From positions 3,139 through 67,138 of the forward strand of contig JACPQL010000008.1 of NCBI GenBank assembly GCA_016190445.1: DNA of 64,000 bases. The letters run 5' to 3'. Below are positions 1 to 9,726 of the stretch, piece by piece; the stretch's first letter is position 1; every line of letters starts with the position of its first letter. The DNA comes from Chloroflexota bacterium. Its GTDB lineage: Bacteria > Chloroflexota > Dehalococcoidia > Lucifugimonadales > JACPQL01. A program made the translations under genes and the position numbers. The notes beneath the pieces are model-generated. The model saw only the letters and a program-made list of their open reading frames with translations, searched no databases and was not told where the DNA came from.

Positions 1-422
1 CAGAGGGGGACGACGCGGTGTTGCTGGTGCGGTCGCGGGGCAAAGAGGGGGGAGAAGAGGTCAGGGCCTCCGTGAACTCGTCTAAGGTGAACGACAGGCT
101 CCAGCGGCTCGCGGAGGCGGCGGAGCGTTCAGGAGACAGGAAGACCGCCGAGGAGATGAAGGGGCTGCGTGCCAGCCACCAGGCGGAGAGAGAGGAGCGG
201 CTCCGGGAGGCCAGGGATAAGGCCTCCGACAAGGCACGGGAAGCCATGGAGAAGGCCATCGAGCGCTCCAAGGGCGAGGAGAGGAGCACGCCTCGTGCGG
301 ACAAGACACCGACTCGAACCGCTACCCCCACCCCAACGGGTGCCCCCGGCAGCGAGGAGGAAAAAGACAAAGGCAAGAGCGAAGGCAAGGGTAGTAGCGA
401 GGACAGGGGAAGAGGAAAGTAG
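1..422 (+). CDS. 3' end of a gene entering from upstream; charged low-complexity C-terminus
   Basis: The frame is open from the window edge to TAG at 420-422. The tail is K/E/R-rich and helical-looking (EREERLREARDKASDKAREAMEKAIE), followed by a TPTRTATPTPTG stretch. No recognisable domain. Confidence 0.3.
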   Translation, partial: EGDDAVLLVRSRGKEGGEEVRASVNSSKVNDRLQRLAEAAERSGDRKTAEEMKGLRASHQAEREERLREARDKASDKAREAMEKAIERSKGEERSTPRADKTPTRTATPTPTGAPGSEEEKDKGKSEGKGSSEDRGRGK

Positions 423-437
423 CACCCTAGCAGTGCC

Positions 438-1541
438 ATGCGCATCACCGACGTCCAGGCCACCACTATACGCATACCGCTGGAGACGGTCTTTGGAGGA
501 AGCGTCTACCGGATAGATAACCGGTGCACCATCGTCGTCCAGGTGCACACCGACGAGGGCATCGTCAGCGAGAGCTACTCGGGAGACGAGCGCCACGCCT
601 ATCGGGAGGTCCACGAGCTGGTCACCGGCCCCCTGCGAGAGGCGGTCATCGGCGAGGACCCCTTCGCTCTGGAGCGTGTCTGGGAGAAGATGTTCTCCCT
701 CACCCCACTGATGCGCAACAAGAGCGCAGCCATGCGCGCCATCGCAGCGGTGGACACCGCGCTCTGGGACATCGTGGGCAAGGCACTGAAGGTGCCAGTG
801 CGGGTGCTGCTGGGAGGATACAGGGAGCGGCTGCCCGCGGTCCGCTTCGCCTACTACGTGGAAGGAAGGGACACCGCCACCATGGTCGGCGACCTCCAGC
901 GGCAGCGGGAGCGTGGCTTTGGCGGCGTGAAGCTGAAGGTGGGAGGCGTGCCCGTGCCTGAGGACGTGGCACGGGTCAGGGCCATCCGGCAGGCGCTGGG
1001 CGACGACTTCATCATTGTCTGCGACGCCAACCAGGCGTGGACGGTGGCAGAGGCTGTCCAGTTCGCCAGGGCTGTGGAGGAGTTCAACCTGGCCTGGCTG
1101 GAGGAGCCGGTCCGCTGGGAATTCGCCCTGGAGGGGATGCGCCAGGTGCGCCAGCGCACCACCATCCCCGTGGCGGCGGGCCAGGGAGAGAGCACTCGCT
1201 TCGGGTGCTGGCAGTTGGTGGAAGGGGAGGCGGTGGACATTCTGAACGTGGACGCCTCCATCGCAGGCGGCATCACCGAGTGGCGGCGCATCGCCGCCGC
1301 GGCCAGCCTCAAGGGCATCCGCATGGCCCACCACGAGGAGCCGCACATCGCGGTGCAGCTCCTATCGGCCATACCCCACGGCCTCTTCGTGGAGGTGTTC
1401 GAGGAGGCCAGGGACCCAGTCTACCACCAGTTGAACCGCCGTCTGCCACCAATCAGCGGCGGATACATGACCGCGCCCTCCGAGCCCGGCCTGGGGCTGG
1501 AGCTGGACAGGCAGTTCATGGCGCGGTACCGCGTCCTGTAA
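438..1541 (+). CDS. Mandelate racemase/muconate lactonizing enzyme family protein (enolase superfamily, sugar-acid dehydratase-like)
   Basis: 367-aa ORF with MR/MLE-type blocks: KLKVG, VCDANQAW, AWLEEP, PVAAGQGE, ILNVD. Confidence 0.85.
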   Translation: MRITDVQATTIRIPLETVFGGSVYRIDNRCTIVVQVHTDEGIVSESYSGDERHAYREVHELVTGPLREAVIGEDPFALERVWEKMFSLTPLMRNKSAAMRAIAAVDTALWDIVGKALKVPVRVLLGGYRERLPAVRFAYYVEGRDTATMVGDLQRQRERGFGGVKLKVGGVPVPEDVARVRAIRQALGDDFIIVCDANQAWTVAEAVQFARAVEEFNLAWLEEPVRWEFALEGMRQVRQRTTIPVAAGQGESTRFGCWQLVEGEAVDILNVDASIAGGITEWRRIAAAASLKGIRMAHHEEPHIAVQLLSAIPHGLFVEVFEEARDPVYHQLNRRLPPISGGYMTAPSEPGLGLELDRQFMARYRVL

Positions 1542-1584
1542 TACTAACTGTCATAAATCACCGTACACAAGGCCCAACCCAACC

Positions 1585-1650
1585 CCGCTCATGGTTCGAC
1601 AGGCCTGTCCTGGGCCCGCCGAAGGAGGGTGAGGGTTTTCACTCCTAGCT
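1585..1650. repeat. REP-like intergenic unit, partial copy of the 'gctcatggttcgaca' family fused to a 'ggtgagggttttc' unit
   Basis: Shares ccgctcatggttcgacagg with 42338-42434, and the gagggtgagggtttt core with 26272-26318 and 47096-47153. Confidence 0.6.
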
Positions 1651-2283
1651 CTTGAGCCAGAGGACGTCCCCGCACAGGTCGGGGGGATGGGGCCTGCTGG
1701 CGAACACCCGGTACTCCTCCCGCGCCTCCCACACCGTCGTGCCCTCCCCATGGCCCGGATACACTACCACGTCCGGGTCCAGAGCAAGCAGCTTTTCCGT
1801 GATGGCGCGTACAATCTGCCGGAGGTCCTCTGGGGTGCGCGTCTTGCCCGGCCCCCCTGGGAAAAGGGTGTCGCCAGAAATCAGGTGTTTGCCCACCAGC
1901 AGGCAAACGGAGCCCGGGGTATGTCCCGGCGTATGGATGACCCGAATACTGGTGCGCCCCACCTTCAGGTCATCGCCGTCCTTGAGGAAGAAGTCGGCCC
2001 CGCCGGGTACCCGGTCGGCATCGGCCTGGTGCACCCCCACGGGTGCCCTGGTGGTGCGGCGTATCACCTCCAGGCCCGCCACGTGGTCCCCGTGGTTGTG
2101 GGTGATAAGAATACCCTTCACCCGCAGGTCCTCCGCCTCCTTCAGCAGCTTCTCCGGCTCGGCGGGGGCGTCAACTAAGTAGCAGTCCAGGCCCGTGCCA
2201 TCCGCTACTATGTACCCGTTGTTGTCGTAGGGGCCCATGGGCACCCGGTACAGGCGGAACTCACCCTCGTACTCCAGGGGCAT
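1645..2283 (-). CDS. MBL-fold metallo-hydrolase (glyoxalase II-like)
   Basis: 212-aa ORF with the HxHxDH motif (THNHGDHVAG) and downstream HTPGHTPGS. Confidence 0.85.
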   Translation of the reverse strand: MPLEYEGEFRLYRVPMGPYDNNGYIVADGTGLDCYLVDAPAEPEKLLKEAEDLRVKGILITHNHGDHVAGLEVIRRTTRAPVGVHQADADRVPGGADFFLKDGDDLKVGRTSIRVIHTPGHTPGSVCLLVGKHLISGDTLFPGGPGKTRTPEDLRQIVRAITEKLLALDPDVVVYPGHGEGTTVWEAREEYRVFASRPHPPDLCGDVLWLKS

Positions 2284-2312
2284 GGCACTCTCCTCAGAGG
2301 ACAGCTTCTGGT

Positions 2313-2990
2313 CTAGCCTGCCTTGATCTTGAACACCGGCTCCAGCACGTGGACCTGGGCGGCGTTGCCCACCAGGGTCCGGAACTTCTCGGGGTCGCCG
2401 CCGGTGGCGTAGCCGTAGTGCATGGGGATGACATGGCGGGGCTTGATCATGTCACGGACTGCCTCCGCCGCCTCGGCCTCGTCCATGGTGTAGATGCCGC
2501 CGATAGGGACCAGGGCGACATCAATGGCGCCCAGCTTGGCCATCTCGGGCACCTTTCCCGTGTCCCCTGCGTGATAGATGGTCTTGCCCGCCAGGGTGAA
2601 CACGAAGCCAACGTTGAACTGCTCTGCCCTGGTCCTCTTGTGGTGGGTGTTGTAACCCGGCACTGCCCTGAGATCAACGCCCTTCTGGGTGGTGCTTTCC
2701 CCCTCCCGAATAGACACCACGTTGGGCACCTTTCCCTGGAGTTCTTTGGCACAGGGGGCGTTGGCCACCACCACAGTGTCCTGCTTGCCGCACATCTGGA
2801 TGGCCTCCGGGTCCATGTGATCGAAGTGTGGGTGGGTCACAAGCACCAGGTCCGCCCTGTCCGCGCCCACCGCCCTGACGGTGAGCTTGTGGGGGTCCAG
2901 GTACACAATGCGCCCGCTGCCCTGGATACTGAAGGTTGCCTGAACAAACCGTGTGAAGAGGATACCGTCAATGACCGCGCTGCTGGGCAT
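2313..2990 (-). CDS. MBL-fold metal-dependent hydrolase (UPF0173-like)
   Basis: 225-aa ORF with THPHFDHMD, and later YHAGDTG and IPMHYG blocks typical of this subfamily. Confidence 0.8.
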   Translation of the reverse strand: MPSSAVIDGILFTRFVQATFSIQGSGRIVYLDPHKLTVRAVGADRADLVLVTHPHFDHMDPEAIQMCGKQDTVVVANAPCAKELQGKVPNVVSIREGESTTQKGVDLRAVPGYNTHHKRTRAEQFNVGFVFTLAGKTIYHAGDTGKVPEMAKLGAIDVALVPIGGIYTMDEAEAAEAVRDMIKPRHVIPMHYGYATGGDPEKFRTLVGNAAQVHVLEPVFKIKAG

Positions 2991-3059
2991 CTGCGTCCTC
3001 CCTGATTCGATCTTGAGCCGAAAAGATTATAGCATCCATCACCCTCAAACGCCTCCGGC

Positions 3060-3088
3060 TTGACTATCCCGCCTCCACTCCTTATCAT
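3060..3088 (+). promoter_or_regulatory. Sigma70-like promoter upstream of lysA
   Basis: TTGACT (3060-3065), 17-nt spacer, TATCAT (3083-3088). Lies about 75 nt upstream of the preferred lysA start. Confidence 0.45.
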
Positions 3089-3162
3089 GATGCCACTTGA
3101 CGCCACTTTGTCGTCTTCCCTCGGCGAGTCCCGCCAGAGCCCACCGCAGCGGAGGCCCTTGC

Positions 3163-4476
3163 ATGGTGTTGCCCAAGGCAAAAGTGTTCCCGGACACCGC
3201 TCGTGTCAACGGCAAAGGCCACCTGGAGATAGGCGGCTGTGACACCCTGGAGCTGGTGGCCCAGTACGGCACTCCTCTGTACCTGTTCGATGAGGCGACC
3301 CTCCGAGGCCGCGCCCGCGCCTTTGCCTCCGCTTTCGGCAGCCGCTACCCCTCCACCAGGGTGGTCTACGCCTGCAAGGCGTTCATCTGCGTGGGACTTG
3401 CCCGCTTGCTGCTGGAGGAGGAATGCGGCTTCGACGTGGTGTCCGGCGGCGAGATAGCCGCTCTCCGGGCCGCCGGAATCCCCCCAGAGCAAGTGTACTT
3501 CCACGGCAACAACAAGAGCCCCCAGGAGCTGAGGGAGGCCCTGGAGTGGGGCGTGGGCCGGGTGGTGGTGGACAGCTTTCTGGAGCTGGAGCTGTTGGAG
3601 GACCTTGCAGCCCAGGCAGGCAAGACGCAGGAGGTGCGGGTGCGGGTCTCCCCCGGCGTGGACCCCCACACCCACCACCACACCACCACCGGCGTCCTGG
3701 ACAGCAAGTTCGGCTTCCCCATCGCCAAGGGACAGGCGGCGGAGGCGGTGCGTCGTGCCCTCCGGTCGCGGCACCTGGCACTCAGGGGCCTGCACTTCCA
3801 CCTGGGCTCCCCCATCTTCGAGGTCGAACCCTACGTGGAGGCTACCCGGATCGTCATGGAGTTTGCCTCTCGCCTGCGGGAGGAGGGGCTGGAGCTTCGG
3901 GAGTTCAGCCCCGGGGGCGGCTTTGCCATCGCGTATACCGAGGCCGACCAGCCTCCGGCGCCGGAGGCGTACGCCGAGGCCATTGTGAGCGCCCTTCGGC
4001 AGGGCTGCCGGGACCTGGACATGCCGGAGCCCTCCCTTACCATAGAGCCGGGCCGTGCCATAGTCGGGCCCGCCGGAGTGGCCCTCTACACCGTGGGTGC
4101 CACCAAGGAGGTGCCAGGGGTACGCACCTACGTCTCGGTGGACGGCGGCATGGGGGACAACATCCGGCCCGCCCTGTACGGCGCCAAGTACGAGGCGGTG
4201 GTTGCCAACAGAGCATCCCAGCCACCTGCTGTCACTGTGACCGTCGCGGGGAAGTTCTGCGAGTCGGGCGACGTGCTAGTCCGGGACGCCCGCCTGGCCC
4301 CGGTGACGCAGGGAGACGTCATCGCCATACCGGCGTCGGGGGCCTACTGCCCCACCATGGCCAGCAACTACAACATGAACCCCAGGCCAGCCATAGTGCT
4401 GGTGGGCCAGGGGCGCTCCAGACTGCTTCGCCGCCGCGAGACATATGGTGACCTGCTGCGGTATGATGCTCTGTAA
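3163..4476 (+). CDS. lysA: Diaminopimelate decarboxylase
   Basis: PLP-dependent Orn/DAP/Arg decarboxylase family. Blocks include YACKAF, HFHLGS, GGGFAI, CESGD and AYCPTMASNYN. The ORF is open from 3097, but the internal ATG at 3163 lies downstream of the predicted promoter. Confidence 0.9.
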   Translation: MVLPKAKVFPDTARVNGKGHLEIGGCDTLELVAQYGTPLYLFDEATLRGRARAFASAFGSRYPSTRVVYACKAFICVGLARLLLEEECGFDVVSGGEIAALRAAGIPPEQVYFHGNNKSPQELREALEWGVGRVVVDSFLELELLEDLAAQAGKTQEVRVRVSPGVDPHTHHHTTTGVLDSKFGFPIAKGQAAEAVRRALRSRHLALRGLHFHLGSPIFEVEPYVEATRIVMEFASRLREEGLELREFSPGGGFAIAYTEADQPPAPEAYAEAIVSALRQGCRDLDMPEPSLTIEPGRAIVGPAGVALYTVGATKEVPGVRTYVSVDGGMGDNIRPALYGAKYEAVVANRASQPPAVTVTVAGKFCESGDVLVRDARLAPVTQGDVIAIPASGAYCPTMASNYNMNPRPAIVLVGQGRSRLLRRRETYGDLLRYDAL

Positions 4477-4485
4477 CCAAGAAGC

Positions 4486-5517
4486 ATGTGGACTGTAGTG
4501 GGGCAGGAACGGGTAGTGGCGGAGCTGGAAAAAGCCGTTAGGGCGGGCCGGCTCCACCATGCCTATCTGCTGGTAGGCCCTCCCCGGGTGGGGAAGCTGG
4601 CACTGGCCAGGGACTTGGCCCGCGCCGTGAACTGCACCGGTGAGGCGCCGCCCTGCGGTGAGTGCTCCCAGTGCCGCCGCATCGGGGCCGGACTCCACGC
4701 CGACGTCCAGGTGATCGGCCTGGATGGTGGCGGCGAGAGGCCGAGGGCCGAGATAGGAATAGACGCCGTCCGAGACATGGAGCGCGCGGCAAGTCTGCTC
4801 CCCTTTGAGGGAAAGTGCAGGGTGTTCGTCATAGATGGCGCCGAGCATCTGAGCGAGGAGGCAGCCAACGCCCTGCTGAAGACCCTGGAGGAGCCACCCA
4901 CCAGGGTTTTGCTGGTCCTGCTGACAGCGCACGCCCAGGACCTGCCCCCCACGGTGACATCTCGCTGCCAGCGTGTGGAGCTGCGACCCTTGCCCTGGGA
5001 GCGAGTGGAGGCACTGCTCCGAGAGCGGTACGGGCTCAGTGAGGAGCAGGCCCGGGAGGTAGCGCGCCTCTCCCTGGGTTGCCCTGGCTGGGCCGTGGAG
5101 GCCGCCCGAGACCCGGGCCTCCTACAGCGACGCAGCGCCCGGCTGGATGTCATTGCCGCCCTGGCCGAGGCACCGCTGGGAGAGAGGTTCGCCTACGCGG
5201 AGGAGGTGGCCCGCACCTTTCAGCGCCAGCGGGCTGCCGCACGCGAGGAGCTGTTCCTGTGGCTTCGCTGGTGGCGGGATGTGATGCTGGTGCAGGCAGG
5301 ACTGGAAGAGCATATAGCGCATCGCCAACGGGCGGAAGAGCTGCGCCGCCACGCGGAGCGGTGCTCCAAGGCCCAGGTGGCCTCCTTCCTGCGGGTGGTG
5401 CTGAATACCCTGGAGACCCTGGACCGCAACGCCAGCCCCAGGCTGGCGCTGGAGGTAATGATGCTGGAGATGCCTGGACTCACCCATGGCCTCTCTAGAC
5501 CTGGAGTGAAAGCATGA
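4486..5517 (+). CDS. holB: DNA polymerase III subunit delta'
   Basis: N-terminus reads HAYLLVGPPRVGKLALA, followed by the zinc module CGECSQCRRI and the SRC motif (TSRCQ). Confidence 0.85.
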   Translation: MWTVVGQERVVAELEKAVRAGRLHHAYLLVGPPRVGKLALARDLARAVNCTGEAPPCGECSQCRRIGAGLHADVQVIGLDGGGERPRAEIGIDAVRDMERAASLLPFEGKCRVFVIDGAEHLSEEAANALLKTLEEPPTRVLLVLLTAHAQDLPPTVTSRCQRVELRPLPWERVEALLRERYGLSEEQAREVARLSLGCPGWAVEAARDPGLLQRRSARLDVIAALAEAPLGERFAYAEEVARTFQRQRAAAREELFLWLRWWRDVMLVQAGLEEHIAHRQRAEELRRHAERCSKAQVASFLRVVLNTLETLDRNASPRLALEVMMLEMPGLTHGLSRPGVKA

Positions 5518-6359
5518 CCGTTCAGGACGAGACTGCCCGCACGGAGGTCATAGGTGTGCGGCTAGAGCCTGCGGGACCGCTCTACTACTTTGACAGCGCA
5601 GGACACCCAGTGGAAGAGCGCGACCAGGTGGTGGTGGACACAGACAAGGGGCTGGACATCGGCTGGGTAGTGATAGGTCCCAACCGGGTGGTGCAGAGCC
5701 AGTTCCCTGGGGAGCTCCGCAAGGTGGTCCGCAAAGCCACCGATGAGGACCGGGACAAAAGGGAGCGGCTGCGGCAGAGGGCGCAAGAGGCGCTCTCCCT
5801 TGGCAGGAACATAGTCGCGGAGATGGAGCTGCCCATGAAGCTGGCCGAGGCCAGGTGCACCCTGGACGGAGGCCGGCTGCTGATCCACTTCTCCTCAGAG
5901 GAGCGAGTGGACTTCCGCCCCCTTCTGCGCAAGCTGGGACAGGCACTGCGAATGAAGGTGGAGCTGCGCCAGGTGGGTCCCCGGGACGAGGCGAAGCTAC
6001 AGGGCGGGATAGGTCGGTGCGGGATGCCGCTGTGCTGCGTCCTGTGGCTGACGAAGTTCGAGCCGGTCACCGTTCGCATGGCCAAGGAACAGGGACTGCC
6101 CCTCAACGCGGAGCACCTGGCGGGTGCCTGCGGCCGGCTAAAGTGCTGCCTCCGGTACGAGCACGAGCAATACCGGGCCATCAACCAGCTCCTCCCCAAG
6201 ATAGGCGAGGTAGTGGACACACCCCATGGGCCCGCCAAAGTGATAGTGGGACATCCAGTGAAAGAAACGGTGTCGCTGCTGCTGGAGGGGGAAGAGGAAA
6301 AGGTACTTGACCTGCCTCTGGCACAGATCGCCCGGCGGCCCCGCCACAGCGACAACTAG
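5514..6359 (+). CDS. PSP1 domain protein (RicT/YaaT-like)
   Basis: 4-nt ATGA overlap with holB, which is the usual holB-yaaT synteny. Cys-rich C-terminal region (GRCGMPLCC, CGRLKCCLRYE). Confidence 0.8.
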   Translation: MTVQDETARTEVIGVRLEPAGPLYYFDSAGHPVEERDQVVVDTDKGLDIGWVVIGPNRVVQSQFPGELRKVVRKATDEDRDKRERLRQRAQEALSLGRNIVAEMELPMKLAEARCTLDGGRLLIHFSSEERVDFRPLLRKLGQALRMKVELRQVGPRDEAKLQGGIGRCGMPLCCVLWLTKFEPVTVRMAKEQGLPLNAEHLAGACGRLKCCLRYEHEQYRAINQLLPKIGEVVDTPHGPAKVIVGHPVKETVSLLLEGEEEKVLDLPLAQIARRPRHSDN

Positions 6360-6505
6360 AACTGGCCGGGAAACCGCCCTCTGAGGACAGGAAGGATGTA
6401 GGGTGTCCGCCAGCCGGCCCATCCCTGAAGCCGCGCTCCACAGAGCGGGTACAGGTCTGTGCCGAAGCTCTCGCTGGGAAAACGCGGGCGCAGGGCGAGC
6501 CCTGC

Positions 6506-7012
6506 CTACTCAACCCAGGGGATGAACTTGCGCCACTCGTCGCGGATGTGCCGGCTGTGGAACATGTGGTAGGGGTTCGGCCTGGGCGCCTTGGGCTCTC
6601 TCAAGAGCCGCATGTTCGCCTCCTGAGGGGTCCTGCCCGCCTTGCGGTGGTTGCACACGGTGCAAGCGCTTACCACGTTCTCCCAGGAGTGGAGGCCCCC
6701 CTTGTGACGCGGGACCACATGGTCCAGGGTCAACTCCCTGGCGGCACTGCCGCAGTACTGGCAGGTGTACCTGTCCCGCAAGAAGGCCTCCCGCCGGGAC
6801 AGACGCCGCCCAAAGACGGGCCGCTTCACCGAGTATATGAGGCGTATCACCGATGGAATGGTGAACACGGTGGTGGGGCTTCGCAGTTCCCCCCGACCGT
6901 TCTCCAGCAGCTCGGCCTTCCCCCGGTCAAGCAGAACTATCGCCCGTCGCACGCCGCATATGTTCAGCGGTGTGTAGTTGCAGTTAAGCAGCAATACACG
7001 CGCGTCGTTCAT
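6506..7012 (-). CDS. HNH endonuclease
   Basis: Motif CQYCGS...LTLDHVVPRHKGG...WENVVSACTVCNHRK. The ORF is open to a TTG at 7057, but the ATG at 7012 (MNDARVLLLN) is preferred. Confidence 0.8.
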   Translation of the reverse strand: MNDARVLLLNCNYTPLNICGVRRAIVLLDRGKAELLENGRGELRSPTTVFTIPSVIRLIYSVKRPVFGRRLSRREAFLRDRYTCQYCGSAARELTLDHVVPRHKGGLHSWENVVSACTVCNHRKAGRTPQEANMRLLREPKAPRPNPYHMFHSRHIRDEWRKFIPWVE

Positions 7013-7053
7013 CCTGCTCAATGTCGTATGATAGCCACCAGAAGCGAGAAAAA

Positions 7054-7557
7054 TCAACTGAGAGGCAGCATCTGCCGGGCGCGGTCAAACTCCCGCGGCA
7101 GCAGGGCCAGCACCACCCCAATCTTGTCGCGGAGCAAAGGGCCCAGAAGGGACCCCTCCACTGCCCGGTCCAGCCCAGCAAAAGAGAAAGCGGAGAGCAC
7201 CGCGACCAGACCACCGCCAAGAAGGGCTGCCACCACCACCCCCACCGCCGCCCCCGCCACACCGTCCACCCAACCCATAAGGAGAAGCTTCAGGAAGCTC
7301 CGTATGACCCGCCCCAGTATGATGGCAGCCAGCACAGTGGCCATCAGTATGATGAAGAAGGCCGCTACACTGGCCGCGTTCGGACTGGAGATGAAGCCAC
7401 CCAGAAGGTCTGCCAGGGCGCCGTAGAACTGCCCCGCCAGCACTATTCCCGCCACCACCCCCCCAAGGGTCACCACAGCGCGGATAATGCCCACCTTCCA
7501 CCCGATCAACCCCAGCACCGTGAACAGGACGATTATCACTATGTCCAGCCAGTTCAT
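7054..7557 (-). CDS. cvpA: CvpA family membrane protein
   Basis: 167 aa with four predicted TM helices. N-terminus MNWLDIVIIVLFTVLGLIGWKVGIIR is typical of the family. GGGAGGG RBS. Confidence 0.75.
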   Translation of the reverse strand: MNWLDIVIIVLFTVLGLIGWKVGIIRAVVTLGGVVAGIVLAGQFYGALADLLGGFISSPNAASVAAFFIILMATVLAAIILGRVIRSFLKLLLMGWVDGVAGAAVGVVVAALLGGGLVAVLSAFSFAGLDRAVEGSLLGPLLRDKIGVVLALLPREFDRARQMLPLS

Positions 7558-7681
7558 ACGCCCTCCCGTCTGTCAAGCCTGAGCCGTGGTGCAAGCAGTC
7601 TATCACGCCGCTACTTCCCCAGGAAAGGCTCTGGCAGCGGCCTGCCCCGTGGGTGCCGCCTATCCCCCCCTTGAACCCGTA

Positions 7682-7710
7682 TTGACAGGGCAAAGGGAGC
7701 CGGTTATCCT
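7682..7710 (+). promoter_or_regulatory. Sigma70-like promoter for the ABC importer operon
   Basis: TTGACA (7682-7687), 17-nt spacer, TATCCT (7705-7710). Lies 43 nt upstream of the GTG start at 7753. Confidence 0.45.
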
Positions 7711-7752
7711 TTGACCATCTCGTTTGGGTAGGGTGCTGGGGGGTCTCCACCG

Positions 7753-8670
7753 GTGGGCAGATACTTAGTACGACGGGTGCTGCAAGGAATCTTCACACTG
7801 TTGGCCATGACGGTTCTCGTATTCATCATGGCGCGAGTGAGCGGGGACCCCGTAGGCCTTCTGGCGGGTGAGCGGGCAACCAGGGAAGAGAGGGAGATGA
7901 TCCGAAAGGACCTGGGCCTGGACAAGCCTCTGGTCACTCAATACGTCATCTTCTTCAGGCATATGGTCCGAGGCGACTTTGGGCGCTCGCTGCTCACCCA
8001 ACAGTCTGCCGCCAAGATGGTGGGAGAGCGCATCTCCGCCACAGTGCAGCTCGCCGGAGTTGCCTTCCTCTTTTCCGTCCTTATCGCCGTGCCCCTCGGC
8101 GTAATTACCGCAGTCAAGCGGGACTCATGGATTGACTACGTGGGCAAGGTCTTCGCCTTCCTTGGCATGGCCACACCCGGCTTCTGGCTGGGCATCATGC
8201 TCATCTTTGCCTTCGCCGTGACCTTTGAGCTTCTGCCAGCGGGAGGAAGGGGTGGACCTCAGTACCTGATCCTCCCAGCGGTTTCCCTGGGATGGCATAG
8301 CTGCGCCGGGGTTCTGCGCCTGACCCGCTCCGCCACTCTGGACGCCCTGGACAGCGAGTACATCAAGATGGCGCGCATCAAAGGCCTGCCCGAGTGGAAG
8401 GTGGTCTGGAAGCACGCCTTCCGCAACGCCCTCATTCCCCCTCTCACCCTGGCCACAGTGCTGCTGTCCACTCTGCTTACCGGCTCCGTCATCACGGAGC
8501 AGGTGTTCGCCTATCCGGGGCTGGGGGCACTCGCCATCCAGTCCGTGAACTGGCGGGACTACTCGGTGCTCCAGACGGTGATCCTGCTTTACACCGTGAT
8601 TTTTGTGGCGATGAATCTGTTTGTTGACCTGATGTACGCGTACATAGACCCGCGCATACGGTACGGGTAG
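7753..8670 (+). CDS. ABC transporter permease, DppB/OppB type
   Basis: 305 aa. N-terminus GRYLVRRVLQGIF. The EAA-like loop (SEYIKMARIKGLPEWKVVWKHAFRNA) is typical of peptide/nickel permeases. Confidence 0.9.
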   Translation: MGRYLVRRVLQGIFTLLAMTVLVFIMARVSGDPVGLLAGERATREEREMIRKDLGLDKPLVTQYVIFFRHMVRGDFGRSLLTQQSAAKMVGERISATVQLAGVAFLFSVLIAVPLGVITAVKRDSWIDYVGKVFAFLGMATPGFWLGIMLIFAFAVTFELLPAGGRGGPQYLILPAVSLGWHSCAGVLRLTRSATLDALDSEYIKMARIKGLPEWKVVWKHAFRNALIPPLTLATVLLSTLLTGSVITEQVFAYPGLGALAIQSVNWRDYSVLQTVILLYTVIFVAMNLFVDLMYAYIDPRIRYG

Positions 8671-8693
8671 GGTGACAGGGAGAGAGACTTATC

Positions 8694-9587
8694 GTGGCAG
8701 TAGAGGCACGTCGGGCACCAGTGCTGGTCCAGCCAATCCAAATGGCTTGGGGGGAACTCCGCCGCACGCCCATGGTGGCTATTCCCATGGTGATACTGCT
8801 GATCTTCGTGGTGGTGGCCTTCACCGCCCACTGGACGGCACCCTATGGACCCGAGGATGGGGACCTAATTGACCAGTTCATAAAGCCGGCGTGGCTGGAG
8901 GGCGGAAGCCCGGCCCACATCTTCGGCACCGACCGTTTCGGGCGCGACATCTTCAGCCGGATCATGCACGGGGCCAGGGTGTCACTGGTGGCAGCGGTCA
9001 CAGTCATAGCCCTCGCAGCCACGGCAGGGACAGCGCTGGGCATCCTTTCAGGATACCTGGGAGGCATGGCGGATGCCGTGGTCATGCGCGTGGTAGACCT
9101 GATGATGGCCATACCCCCTATCCTCATGGCCCTGGTGCTGGTGGTCATCCTTGGTCCCAGCTTCACCAACGTCATCCTGGTCATAGCCCTCCTCATGTGG
9201 TCGCGGTTCGCCAGGGTGATCAGGGGAGAGGTGCTTTCGCTCAAGCAGAGAGACTTCGTGGCTCTGGCCAAGGTAGCTGGCTGCTCGCAGGCCAGCATCA
9301 TGGCACGCCACATCTTCCCCAACATAATGAACAGCCTCCTGGTGATGGCCACCTTCCAGATAGGGTTTGTCATCCTTCTGGAGGCTTCCCTCAGCTACCT
9401 GGGGGTGGGCATACCACCGCCCACGCCCGCCTGGGGCGTCATGGTGTCCGACGGACGGGACTACATCGGCTCGGCCTGGTGGCTCTCTCTCTTCCCAGGC
9501 GTCGCCATACTGCTGGTGGTCATAGCGGTGAATCTGCTAGGGGACTGGCTCCGAGACCGCCTGGACCCCCGGATGCGGCAGGTGTAG
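8694..9587 (+). CDS. ABC transporter permease, DppC/OppC type
   Basis: 297 aa with HIFGTDRFGRDIFSRIMHGARVSL and DFVALAKVAGCSQASIMARHIFPN blocks. Confidence 0.9.
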   Translation: MAVEARRAPVLVQPIQMAWGELRRTPMVAIPMVILLIFVVVAFTAHWTAPYGPEDGDLIDQFIKPAWLEGGSPAHIFGTDRFGRDIFSRIMHGARVSLVAAVTVIALAATAGTALGILSGYLGGMADAVVMRVVDLMMAIPPILMALVLVVILGPSFTNVILVIALLMWSRFARVIRGEVLSLKQRDFVALAKVAGCSQASIMARHIFPNIMNSLLVMATFQIGFVILLEASLSYLGVGIPPPTPAWGVMVSDGRDYIGSAWWLSLFPGVAILLVVIAVNLLGDWLRDRLDPRMRQV

Positions 9588-9726
9588 GTTGTTCCCGCAG
9601 GGCCACCTCGCCACCCCGTATGGAGATTGCCCGCACACAGTGTTCGACAAGCTTGCCACATGCTGAAAGGCATTCCTTGAACATGCCCGAGGAACGCATA
9701 GGTAAAATGACCGCCAAGGAGGGACT

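Noticed and set aside
129-1346. 405-aa minus-strand ORF overlapping the enolase-superfamily gene.
   Set aside because: It is antisense to a gene with clear family motifs and has no recognisable domain. High-GC artefact.
3089-3162. The lysA leader considered as a lysine (L-box) riboswitch.
   Set aside because: With the predicted promoter, the leader is only about 70 nt, well short of an L-box, and no L-box-like helices are evident.
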